A DNA stretch of 26,888 nucleotides from Rhodocyclaceae bacterium (lineage in GTDB: Bacteria > Pseudomonadota > Gammaproteobacteria > Burkholderiales > Rhodocyclaceae): assembly GCA_036273835.1 (NCBI GenBank), contig DASUGV010000407.1, positions 1 to 26,888 on the forward strand. The letters are read 5' to 3'. Positions 18,082 to 26,707 of the stretch are shown piece after piece. Positions within the stretch are counted from its first letter, which is position 1. Every line of letters starts with the position of its first letter. The notes under the pieces are model-generated. The model made no database searches. It had not been told where the DNA came from and saw nothing but the letters and a program-made list of their open reading frames with translations. The position numbers and the translations under genes were made by a program.

Positions 18082-19023
18082 TCAGGCGCTGGACAATTGG
18101 CGTACTGTGCGGAAGCTGGCCAGCGCATCGAGCAGCCCCGCTAGCAGAATCAACACCGCCCCGCTCCATTCGTATCCTGTCAAATGCTGACCGCCGATCA
18201 GCCACGCGGAGACGACACCCACCACCAGTTCATTCAACAGCAGCATCGCGGCCGTACCACCGGGCAGATGACTGACGCCGAATTGCGTCGTCGCGGAGCC
18301 AAGCAGCATCCAGACGAGACCGAAGCAGGCCAGCATCAATACCATTGGCATAGAAATTGAAATGAGGCTTGCCGGATGCGCCGCGACCGTCATGGCGGAG
18401 ACAACCGCGGTGGCGATGAAGACAACAAATGTTTTGCTGGCCAACGGCGTATGCTGCGCGTAACGCGTGGCGAGGTTCATGCCTGCGAAAGCTATGCCGG
18501 ATGAAAGCGCGAGCCACTCCGCACGGCCCAACGAGCTGATATGCATGCTTGTGTCGCCAGCAATTATCCGCGCGCCACCGAGCAACACGAACACACCGAT
18601 GAGTGCCAGCAACAACGCGGCCCAACGCGGTAGACCAGGTTTCTCGCCGAGAAATATCCATGCACCCAGCACCGACCATAGCGGCGCGAGATAGAACAAC
18701 AGCATAGCCCGCACAATCTTGTCGCTGGTCATTGCATTGATGAAGCTGGCATTGGTCCAGCCGCCACAGATACCGATCAGCAGCAAAGTGCCCGCATGAG
18801 ATATCCACGCGTGACGCTGACACCACAGAACAGGCAAGCCCACTATCGTTACGAAACCATAGGCAACGAGACTCATGTAGGGTCCCGTGAGTCCATGCCG
18901 GCAAAACCATTGTACGGGCCACCACATGGTGCCCCAGATGAATGTGGAGAAGATAAGCATTCCACCCGCAAGCGGAGGCGTAACTGCCCGCGCCGTCGCG
19001 GGCGATTCAACGCATTGACGCAT
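18082..19023 (-). CDS. DMT/EamA family transporter
   Basis: About 10 hydrophobic segments in two repeats; WG.MWWP, LLFYLAPLWSVLGAWIFLGE motifs; start uncertain (ATG 19023 or TTG 19059). Confidence 0.85.
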   Translation of the reverse strand: MRQCVESPATARAVTPPLAGGMLIFSTFIWGTMWWPVQWFCRHGLTGPYMSLVAYGFVTIVGLPVLWCQRHAWISHAGTLLLIGICGGWTNASFINAMTSDKIVRAMLLFYLAPLWSVLGAWIFLGEKPGLPRWAALLLALIGVFVLLGGARIIAGDTSMHISSLGRAEWLALSSGIAFAGMNLATRYAQHTPLASKTFVVFIATAVVSAMTVAAHPASLISISMPMVLMLACFGLVWMLLGSATTQFGVSHLPGGTAAMLLLNELVVGVVSAWLIGGQHLTGYEWSGAVLILLAGLLDALASFRTVRQLSSA

Positions 19024-19312
19024 GGGTGAATTCGGTATCTGTTGGCGCGATGATCGCAAGAAGCTTCATCGTGATGATGCTGTCATTATCCATTGGCGAT
19101 TGAGATTTCCGTTTTCCGCATTCGGTGGCGGACTTCGCCAATGGTATCAGCCGAATGGCCGATAGCCAGGTTTCGTGCTATTTCGTATTTTTCTACTTGG
19201 CAAGCGTCATCACTCCGATACAAGATTCGACACAAGCTGTAATTATGATATTAAGATATTTTTCTTGCGTCGCCGACGCAAAGCAGACGATTGAAGTTTT
19301 CCTAGCTGGATT

Positions 19313-19345
19313 GCACCTCTTGCTAAAAACAAGAGGCGCTTTTTT
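19313..19345 (+). terminator. Terminator-like hairpin in DMT-ctaB intergenic region
   Basis: GCACCTCTTG-CTAAAAA-CAAGAGGCGC then TTTTTT on +; the single A.C mismatch becomes G.U on the minus strand. Confidence 0.5.
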
Positions 19346-19370
19346 GGGAATTACATTAAATGGCTCACGT

Positions 19371-19396
19371 GGATTCCCACCTTTGTGGGAATGACG
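19371..19396 (-). repeat. CGTC-tagged REP / dRS3-like palindrome
   Basis: Minus strand CGTCATTCCCACAAAGGTGGGAATCC; contains ATTCCC-N8-GGGAAT exactly (19373-19392) with an 8-bp perfect stem. Confidence 0.7.
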
Positions 19397-19425
19397 GCGA
19401 AATGCAAAAGAGAGAGCTTCATGCA

Positions 19426-20328
19426 TTACATCTGCGTCACATAGTGGTCCAGCAGCAATGCGACAAAAATTAGCGACAGATAGAGAATCGAGAACTTGAA
19501 AGTGCGCCGCGCGAGAACGTCACTATAAGAGCGACGCAGACGCCATGCGTAGCCAATAAACATACCGTTCAGTACCAATGCGCAACTCATGTAAACCCAG
19601 CCGCTCATTTGCGTCGCGAACGGAAGCATCGTGACGCCGGCAAGAATTAAGGTGTACAGAAAAACATGCAAGCGGGTGAAGGCTGAGCCATGCGTGACAG
19701 GCAACATCGGCAGGCCGGCTTTGGCGTATTCCTGCGTGCGATACAGCGCTAGCGCCCAGAAGTGCGGTGGCGTCCACGCGAAAATGATGAGGAACAGCAG
19801 CAAAGCATCGTGCGAGACGTGCCCCGTCACGGCCGCCCAACCAAGAACCGGCGGCATTGCGCCGGAAGCTCCACCTATGACAATGTTCTGCGGTGTGCGC
19901 GGCTTGAGAATGATAGTGTAGATGATGGCGTAGCCGACGAAGGTGGCCAGTGTGAGCCACATCGTCAGTGGATTGACCGTGAAATAAAGCAGGCACAGTC
20001 CGGCGCTACCCAGCACTGCGGAGAAGAGCAAGGTCTCTTGTGTCGTCAGCTCGCCGCGCGGCAGTGGGCGCGCCCGCGTGCGCGCCATGACGCCATCGAT
20101 CTTCTGTTCGATCAGGCAATTGATGGCCGCTGCCGCGCCGGCCACCGCGCCGATTCCCAAGGTAGCGAACAACACCGTCAACGCATTCGGCAAACCTTTC
20201 GGTACCGCCAAAAACATTCCGATCAGAGCGCAAAATACGATGAGCGTATTGACGCGCAGCTTGGTCAGCGCGAGATAGGCATGCAGGCGTTGCGAAATAT
20301 TCGCACGCTCAAGCTGCAAGGCTTTCAT
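19426..20328 (-). CDS. ctaB: Protoheme IX farnesyltransferase (heme O synthase)
   Basis: [52 protein letters not shown]; start set at ATG 20328. Confidence 0.96.
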   Translation of the reverse strand: MKALQLERANISQRLHAYLALTKLRVNTLIVFCALIGMFLAVPKGLPNALTVLFATLGIGAVAGAAAAINCLIEQKIDGVMARTRARPLPRGELTTQETLLFSAVLGSAGLCLLYFTVNPLTMWLTLATFVGYAIIYTIILKPRTPQNIVIGGASGAMPPVLGWAAVTGHVSHDALLLFLIIFAWTPPHFWALALYRTQEYAKAGLPMLPVTHGSAFTRLHVFLYTLILAGVTMLPFATQMSGWVYMSCALVLNGMFIGYAWRLRRSYSDVLARRTFKFSILYLSLIFVALLLDHYVTQM

Positions 20329-21328
20329 GCCAGATCCTTTCCATGTGCGCACCCGAAGTGACCGCTCTCAAGCGGAAGTTGATGCTCACCATCAGATAGA
20401 TCAACAGGGCGGCGACAGCATTGTGGGCCACAGCAACTGCCAGTGGCAGACCGAATATGACATTCGAAATACCCAAGGAAATTTGCAGCACCACCGCCAA
20501 GCCGAGCGCAACGGCAAAGCCGCGCATCTGCGAACGCTTGCCGAGATAAAGTGCAAACAGCAGCAAGTACGTACCGACGACTGCCGCCCCGAAGCGATGG
20601 GACCAATGAATGGCGGTAAGCGCCGACAGCGGCAGCGAATCGCCCTCGGGTGTGCGTCCTAGCTCGCGGAATATCTGGAATGCATGATCGAAGGCCATAT
20701 CATGCGGCACCAGGCTGCCATGACAAGTGGGAAAATCCAGACAGGCCAGCGAAGCATAATTTGTGGATACCCATCCGCCGAGCACGATCTGCGCGACGAG
20801 CAACACCAAACCGAGACGCGCCGCCAAGGCAAGACGCGAACCGGCGGCATAGCGCGAGGTGCGCGATTCGCGCTGCACCAGCCACGTCAGCAGCGCCAGT
20901 ATCGTCAAACCACCGAGCAGGTGTGCGCTGACGACGGCAGGCCTGAGCAGACGCGTGACCGTCCACATGCCGAGCAAGGCCTGGAAGATCACGACGCCCA
21001 CCAAGGAAAACGGCAACCACGGCGGCACACGTTCCGCGCGCCAGCGTAGCCAGGAAAGAACAGCGATGGCGGCGATCAACAGACCGAGGATGCCTGCAAT
21101 ATAGCGATGGGTCATTTCCTTCCATGCTTTTTGCATACTCACTGGACCCGTTGGGGCGGTATGCTGGGCAGAGTGAATTTCGGCTTGCGCGAATTCCGGC
21201 GAGACCTTGCCATAGCAGCCAGGCCAATCCGGACAGCCAAGACCCGCACCGGATAAGCGCACATAGGCGCCGAATACCACTACGGCGGCGGCGAGCAACA
21301 AAGCGAGGGAGGCAATTTTGCGAATCAT
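20309..21328 (-). CDS. ctaA: Heme A synthase (COX15/CtaA)
   Basis: [50 protein letters not shown]. Confidence 0.93.
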   Translation of the reverse strand: MIRKIASLALLLAAAVVVFGAYVRLSGAGLGCPDWPGCYGKVSPEFAQAEIHSAQHTAPTGPVSMQKAWKEMTHRYIAGILGLLIAAIAVLSWLRWRAERVPPWLPFSLVGVVIFQALLGMWTVTRLLRPAVVSAHLLGGLTILALLTWLVQRESRTSRYAAGSRLALAARLGLVLLVAQIVLGGWVSTNYASLACLDFPTCHGSLVPHDMAFDHAFQIFRELGRTPEGDSLPLSALTAIHWSHRFGAAVVGTYLLLFALYLGKRSQMRGFAVALGLAVVLQISLGISNVIFGLPLAVAVAHNAVAALLIYLMVSINFRLRAVTSGAHMERIWHESLAA

Positions 21329-21353
21329 TTATTTACTCACCATTTACCCAAAC

Positions 21354-21956
21354 TTATTTACCCAAGCTCGAATATTTCAACAGGCGATCCAGGTCTTTCA
21401 TCATCGCCTTGGGATCGGGCGTGGCAGAAAAACGCATCATCAGATTGCCCAGCGGGTCGACCAGATGAATGCGTGCAGGCTCGAGTTGCCGGGCCAGTTT
21501 TTCATCGCTGAGCACGACTAGTCCTTCCTGGTTGCTCATGACATTCGCATTGGGTGTGCCGCCATCCGTCACAACCCAGGCGCGTGCGACGCGATCCATC
21601 TGATCGGACTGCGCGATGCGCACTTGCCGCATGTAGTAGAGCGCTCGTTTGCAAACGTTGTCGCAGCTCGCTGGCGCGGCCAGCACCATCACCCATTTGC
21701 CGAGCAAGGCCGGCTGGTGTGCGGGCCACGTGATGGGTTGCGGCGGCTGGATCAGCTCGCCATGATTATCGTGCCCGCTTGGACGCCAAAAATAAAACGC
21801 CAGATAGGACGCAACGATGGGCGACAAGCAGATAAAGAAAATGAGCAAGAACGTTCGACGCGACTTTGTCCGCAATGCGAGCATTTCGGGTGATGCATTT
21901 GTCATGTTCGTGCGATTCTCCGAATCCACTTGATTCATACTCAAATCGGCAGCCAT
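21354..21956 (-). CDS. Conserved SCO/thioredoxin-like membrane-anchored protein of cox clusters
   Basis: N-terminal TM, GKWVMV, CDNVC (CxxxC), LVDPLGNLMMRF, KDLDRLLK; ATG directly follows the SURF1 stop (TAA-ATG). Confidence 0.75.
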   Translation of the reverse strand: MAADLSMNQVDSENRTNMTNASPEMLALRTKSRRTFLLIFFICLSPIVASYLAFYFWRPSGHDNHGELIQPPQPITWPAHQPALLGKWVMVLAAPASCDNVCKRALYYMRQVRIAQSDQMDRVARAWVVTDGGTPNANVMSNQEGLVVLSDEKLARQLEPARIHLVDPLGNLMMRFSATPDPKAMMKDLDRLLKYSSLGK

Positions 21957-22673
21957 TTATCGAACATCCTTCTTTACCTCGTGCGCGTGAAGAAAATTCG
22001 CACGCACATTCTTCCAGCCGAACCACAGCACCAGCACTGCGGACAAGGCGGCAAACGAGAACCACTGGAGCGCATAACCGCGATGCATGTCGACGCCGAA
22101 GTCCGGTCGCGGCCAATCGCGCACCAGGCCGTCGTTGGCTGCGTTTTCCTGCAACACCATCAATGGTGCAACGGGCTTGCCAATCTGCGTAGCCATCCGC
22201 GCAAGATCGACACGCTGCCATACATGCGGTTCGGCCGACTCTCCCAACGAGAAGCCGCGGGTCACCGGCGCTTCCGCCAACCCTTTCACTATCACCTCGC
22301 CGGTAGGCGCAGGCGCAGTGGGCAAATGACTTCGATCTCCGCTGCCCGCTATCCAGCCACGATTGATTAGGACGAATCCTGCATCGCCAGCCAGCCGCAG
22401 CGGCGTGAGCACATCAAAACCCACGCGCTCGCGATAGACGCGGTTATCGAGCAACACGGTCTGCGATGCCAACCACTGACCTCGCAAAGCCACGCGATGC
22501 CCTTCGCGCAGATCAGCCGCTTCACGTGCCGCGATCACGTCGCTTGGCGCATCGAAGCGCGCCTGCAGCGCGATCTTGTACTCGGCCCGGCGCAGTTGCC
22601 AAAAACCGAGATTTACGCACAGCACACACATCAAGATGCCGGCGACGTAGGGAAGCAATGTGCGGACTTGCAA
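21957..22673 (-). CDS. SURF1 family cytochrome oxidase biogenesis protein
   Basis: LGFWQLRRAEYK, LDNRV, GFDVLTPL, LINRGW, HRGYALQWF; TTG start uncertain. Confidence 0.9.
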   Translation of the reverse strand: MQVRTLLPYVAGILMCVLCVNLGFWQLRRAEYKIALQARFDAPSDVIAAREAADLREGHRVALRGQWLASQTVLLDNRVYRERVGFDVLTPLRLAGDAGFVLINRGWIAGSGDRSHLPTAPAPTGEVIVKGLAEAPVTRGFSLGESAEPHVWQRVDLARMATQIGKPVAPLMVLQENAANDGLVRDWPRPDFGVDMHRGYALQWFSFAALSAVLVLWFGWKNVRANFLHAHEVKKDVR

Positions 22674-22770
22674 GAGAAAAATGAACCGAAAAAGACAACG
22701 CGGGGAAAGAAGAGAGAAATGTTCTAAACTTTAAACTGGATCGCCCACTACTACATTGCTGGACCACCCT

Positions 22771-22971
22771 ATGCGCTACGTCATTCTTGTCTTGCTCGTC
22801 GTCATCCTCATCAGCCTGGGATCGGGCTTATTCTATCTCGTAAAGGACAAAGGCAGTACCGACCGCACCGCGCGTGCGCTGACCTGGCGCATCGGCTTGT
22901 CGTTGCTGCTATTCATACTTATCGCTCTGTCATATCGCATGGGCTGGGTATCGGGCCATCTTCTAAGCTGA
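22771..22971 (+). CDS. Twin-transmembrane small protein (DUF2909-like), antisense within cox cluster
   Basis: SLGSGLFYLVKDKG...ALTWRIGLSLLLF; position between SURF1 and coxC. Confidence 0.85.
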   Translation: MRYVILVLLVVILISLGSGLFYLVKDKGSTDRTARALTWRIGLSLLLFILIALSYRMGWVSGHLLS

Positions 22972-22992
22972 GTGATGTAACCTGAACGCCCA

Positions 22993-23023
22993 ACCCAATT
23001 GGGTCATTTCAATTGGGTCATTT
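22993..23023. repeat. Tandem 14-bp duplication forming a palindrome/hairpin between convergent genes
   Basis: CAATTGGGTCATTT x2 (22996-23009, 23010-23023); hairpin ACCCAATTG-N8-CAATTGGGT. Confidence 0.7.
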
Positions 23024-24041
23024 ACAAAACGTAAACAAGCACGAACAACAGCAGCCAGACGTAGTCGACAAAGTGCCAATACCAGGCTGCGGCTTCGAAA
23101 GCGAAATGGCGCTCTTGCGTGAAATGACCGCGCAACGAGCGCACCAGCATTACTGTCAGCATGATGGCGCCGATGGTCACGTGCAAGCCGTGAAAGCCGG
23201 TCATCATGAAGAAGGTCGAACCGTAAACGCCGGAAGTCAGCTTCATGCCTGCGGCATAAGCATGTATGTACTCATAAGACTGGCAGCCGAGAAAGGTTAT
23301 GCCAAGCAGAATGGTCAAGGCCAAGAACAGGTTGAACTGCCCGCGCATGCCGCGCCGGATGGCCCAATGCGCCCATGTGAGCGTGGCAGCGGACGAAAGC
23401 AGCAATGCGGTATTCACCGCAGGCAACCACTTGATGCTCATCGAACCAAGGAACAAGATAACCAATACGATGGTCAGCGACAACACCAATTGGAGCTGAC
23501 CGCGTTGTCCCTTCTCCAAGGGATGATGCGCATACACGAGCGTCGCGGCTGCGCAAATCATCAAGGTCAGACCGAGCGCAGACTGACCGACCCACCCCAT
23601 TGCTTCGAATGGATCTTTGAGAAAAGGTCCCGAGGTTGGCCACGCCGCTTTGAAACCGGGCCACAGCAATTGTTGCAGACTACTGCCTAAATCGGGCACC
23701 GAGATATTGCGCACATAAAACAGCACGCCGAAGAAGGCGGCAAAGAACATCACCTCGGAAAAGATGAACCAACCCATGCTCCAGCGGAAAGCCTTATCCA
23801 CTTGCTTGCCGTATTGGCCGGTCTCGGACTCGCGAATCACTGTGCCAAACCAACCGAACAGCATGTACAGGAGTACGGCGAAACTGAGCGCAAACACCAT
23901 CGGACCAGGCTTGAAATGATTAACCCATAGCGCGGCGCCACTGCCCATCAAGAGCAAGGCAACCGAACCGAAAATCGGATATTTCGACGGCGACGGAACG
24001 AAGTATTTTTCGAATGTAGTACTACTGACACCTTGGCTCAT
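23022..24041 (-). CDS. coxC: Cytochrome c oxidase subunit III with internal two-helix duplication
   Basis: YFVPSPS, WFIFSEVMFFAAFF, NTALLLSS, FLGCQSYEY, YGSTFFMMTGFHGLHV, AAWYWHFVD; 339 aa from ATG 24041. Confidence 0.93.
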   Translation of the reverse strand: MSQGVSSTTFEKYFVPSPSKYPIFGSVALLLMGSGAALWVNHFKPGPMVFALSFAVLLYMLFGWFGTVIRESETGQYGKQVDKAFRWSMGWFIFSEVMFFAAFFGVLFYVRNISVPDLGSSLQQLLWPGFKAAWPTSGPFLKDPFEAMGWVGQSALGLTLMICAAATLVYAHHPLEKGQRGQLQLVLSLTIVLVILFLGSMSIKWLPAVNTALLLSSAATLTWAHWAIRRGMRGQFNLFLALTILLGITFLGCQSYEYIHAYAAGMKLTSGVYGSTFFMMTGFHGLHVTIGAIMLTVMLVRSLRGHFTQERHFAFEAAAWYWHFVDYVWLLLFVLVYVL

Positions 24042-24105
24042 ACGGGCCTTCTCCTGAGTTTCTTTGCGAATTTCTCTTTCAGCATTCAATTTGATAGCGC
24101 AAATA

Positions 24106-24336
24106 CTACATGTTGGCTATCAGCAGCTTCACGACCATGATGACCGTGAGCAACAGCAACGCCGCACACATCACGCCCACCACGATGACCTGCAGTGGCT
24201 TGAGTTGCACCGCGTCGCGGTGGTAATCCTTGCGCTTGCGAATACCGATAAAAGCCGACAAGACGGCAATAACCGTCGCAACAAAAGACGAGCGTGGCGC
24301 AGTTTCGCCGGGCTGCTCATCACGCCCTTCCATCAA
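24106..24336 (-). CDS. DUF2970-like small membrane protein
   Basis: AVLSAFIGIRKRKDYHRD...LKPLQVIVVG; usual position between ctaG and coxC. Confidence 0.8.
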   Translation of the reverse strand: MMEGRDEQPGETAPRSSFVATVIAVLSAFIGIRKRKDYHRDAVQLKPLQVIVVGVMCAALLLLTVIMVVKLLIANM

Positions 24337-24905
24337 GAACGTCCTTTATCCGGCACCGTCGTACCCGCCACTTCAAAGAACGTATATGACAACGTAATCG
24401 TACTGATATCCTTGGATACGTCACGATCGACCAGAAATACCACTGGCATAACCCGTTTTTCTTTGGCCTGCAAAGTCTGTTTGGTGAAACAGAAACATTC
24501 AAGCTTTTTGAAGTACCGTGCCGCGGCCATCGGACCATAGCTCGGAATCGCCTGGCCCGTCACTGGGCGATCCAGCGTGTTCTCCACTTCGTAATCGATA
24601 CGCGTCAACTGACCCGGATGCACACTGATGCTGTTTTGCAACGGCCTGAAACGCCACGGCAGATTGCGCGTATTGGCATCGAACTCAATCGTCAGCGAGC
24701 GCGCCAAATCGATCTGTGTGTTCTTGACTAATTCGTCCGGGCGCAACAAATCATTTATGCCAGCAACATTACAAATGGTTTTGTAGAACGGCACCAGCGC
24801 GAAACCAAAACCGAACATGGCCGTGGCCGCGATGACCAGACGCACCATCAGTCGCCGGTTATTGAGTGCAAGACCCGCTGTTCGGGTAGCCAATGGAACG
24901 CTCAC
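24333..24905 (-). CDS. ctaG: Cytochrome c oxidase assembly copper chaperone (Cox11/CtaG)
   Basis: MFGFGFALVPFY..IC, GQAIPSY, YFKKLECFCF, MPVVF, ITLSYTFF. Confidence 0.94.
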   Translation of the reverse strand: MSVPLATRTAGLALNNRRLMVRLVIAATAMFGFGFALVPFYKTICNVAGINDLLRPDELVKNTQIDLARSLTIEFDANTRNLPWRFRPLQNSISVHPGQLTRIDYEVENTLDRPVTGQAIPSYGPMAAARYFKKLECFCFTKQTLQAKEKRVMPVVFLVDRDVSKDISTITLSYTFFEVAGTTVPDKGRS

Positions 24906-25012
24906 TCTCCGAACAACCAGGTCTTGACGATGAAGCCGACAAAAAACGCCAGCGCTATCGTTGCAAGAATTATCAGCATCCGCATGTTGCGCTTGCTTTG
25001 CTGCTCGTTCAC
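24902..25012 (-). CDS. Small single-TM cytochrome oxidase assembly-type protein, 36 aa (not in ORF track)
   Basis: Own translation: GTG start, MNEQQSKRNMRMLIILATIALAFFVGFIVKTWLFGE*; GAGG upstream; GTGA overlap with ctaG start. Confidence 0.75.
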   Translation of the reverse strand: MNEQQSKRNMRMLIILATIALAFFVGFIVKTWLFGE

Positions 25013-25044
25013 TTCAAATTCCTCGCTTCATCCATCGCACGCAA

Positions 25045-26664
25045 TCAGTGTTGATGTTCTGCCGGATGGAAAACCGGCGGTACTTCGAAACTGTGATACG
25101 GCGGCGGCGACGACAACGTCCATTCCAGACCAGTGCCACCTTCCCACGGCTTGGCAGGCGCTTTCTCTCCGCCACGTATGCATTTGATGACAATGTAAAG
25201 AAAGAATAACTGACTCAATCCGAAACCAAATGCGCCGATGGTGGCGATCTGGTTAAAGTCGGTGAAGATGGGATTGTAGTCCGGCACGCGACGTGGCATG
25301 CCAGCCAATCCCAGAAAGTGCATGGGGAAGAACGTGACATTGAAGGTAATCATCGAGGCCCAGAAATGGCGCTTGCCGAGTTTCTCGTCATACATGTGGC
25401 CGGTCCACTTCGGCAACCAATAGTAAGTCCCGGCAAACAGTGCGAACAGCGAGCCCGCCACCAGCACGTAGTGGAAGTGCGCGACAACGAAATACGTATC
25501 CTGATATTGGATGTCGGCCGGTGCAATGGCACACATCAAACCAGTGAAGCCGCCCATGGTGAACACGAAGATGAAACCGACGGCAAACAGCATGGGCGAT
25601 TCGAATGTCATCGACCCGCGCCACATGGTGGCAATCCAATTGAACACTTTCACGCCGGTCGGCACGGCGATCAGCATCGTGAGGAACATGAAAGTAATTT
25701 GAGCTTGCGCGGGCATACCTGTCGTAAACATATGGTGAGCCCACACCATGAAAGACAGGATGGCGATGGAACACGTTGCGTACACCATCGAGGCATAGCC
25801 GAACAAAGGTTTGCGCGCGAAGGTCGGGATGATTTCGGAGACGATGCCGAAAGCCGGCAAGATCATGATGTACACCTCGGGATGCCCGAAGAACCAGAAC
25901 ACGTGCTGATACAGAACTGGATCACCGCCGCCCGCGGCGTTAAAGAAACTGGTGCCGAAATGGCGATCGGTCAATACCATGGTCACCGCACCGGCAAGTA
26001 CGGGCATGACCGCGATCAGCAGATAGGCAGTGATCAGCCAGGTCCAGCAGAACAATGGCATACGCATCAGCGTCATATTCGGCGTGCGCATGTTGAGAAT
26101 GGTCACGATGATGTTGATCGCCCCCATGATGGAGCTGGCACCCATGATATGCAGAGCGAAGATCGCCATGTCCATGCCCATGCCCATTTGCACCGATAGC
26201 GGCGCATACAAGGTCCAGCCTGCGGCGGTCGCGCCACCGGGCACGAAGAAAGAGCCGATCAACAGCAGCGCCGCTGGCGGCAGCAACCAGAACGACCAGT
26301 TGTTCATGCGCGCGAAAGCCATGTCGGGCGCGCCGATCATCATGGGCACCATCCAGTTCGCAAAGCCCACGAAGGCCGGCATGATCGCGCCGAACACCAT
26401 GATCAGGCCATGCATGGTCGTGAGTTGATTGAAGAATTCCGGATGCACGAGCTGCAAGCCGGGTTTGAACAGTTCCGCGCGAATCGTCAACGCCAACGAA
26501 CCTCCGGAGAGGAACATGATGAAACTGAAAAACAGGTACATCGTGCCGATATCTTTGTGATTCGTCGCGCCGATCCAACGTATCAAACCGGTTGGCTTGT
26601 GGTCGTGCGAGTGGTCGCTGGAATGATCGTGGCCGTGAACGATGTCAGTGGAAGCGATGCTCAT
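25045..26664 (-). CDS. coxA: Cytochrome c oxidase subunit I, type A1
   Basis: TNHKDIGTMY, TMHG, APDMAF (D-channel Asp), FFGHPEVY, WAHHMF, PTGVKVFNW (K-channel Lys), AHFHY, GMPRR. Confidence 0.98.
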   Translation of the reverse strand: MSIASTDIVHGHDHSSDHSHDHKPTGLIRWIGATNHKDIGTMYLFFSFIMFLSGGSLALTIRAELFKPGLQLVHPEFFNQLTTMHGLIMVFGAIMPAFVGFANWMVPMMIGAPDMAFARMNNWSFWLLPPAALLLIGSFFVPGGATAAGWTLYAPLSVQMGMGMDMAIFALHIMGASSIMGAINIIVTILNMRTPNMTLMRMPLFCWTWLITAYLLIAVMPVLAGAVTMVLTDRHFGTSFFNAAGGGDPVLYQHVFWFFGHPEVYIMILPAFGIVSEIIPTFARKPLFGYASMVYATCSIAILSFMVWAHHMFTTGMPAQAQITFMFLTMLIAVPTGVKVFNWIATMWRGSMTFESPMLFAVGFIFVFTMGGFTGLMCAIAPADIQYQDTYFVVAHFHYVLVAGSLFALFAGTYYWLPKWTGHMYDEKLGKRHFWASMITFNVTFFPMHFLGLAGMPRRVPDYNPIFTDFNQIATIGAFGFGLSQLFFLYIVIKCIRGGEKAPAKPWEGGTGLEWTLSSPPPYHSFEVPPVFHPAEHQH

Positions 26665-26707
26665 GTCTGATTCCTGTGGGCAATACGATTGCGATGTGAC
26701 GGCAAGT

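Noticed and set aside
19275-19284. GACGCAAAGC resembling part of a c-di-GMP-I riboswitch
   Set aside because: The upstream GGCAAACC/GNRA stem is absent and the bases are explained by a local 7-bp hairpin
19193-19426. 77-aa minus-strand ORF after ctaB (and 89-aa plus ORF 19125-19394)
   Set aside because: They run through the REP and hairpins, have atypical composition and no motifs; more likely non-coding
25318-26199. 293-aa plus-strand ORF
   Set aside because: Antisense shadow of highly conserved coxA; no family motifs
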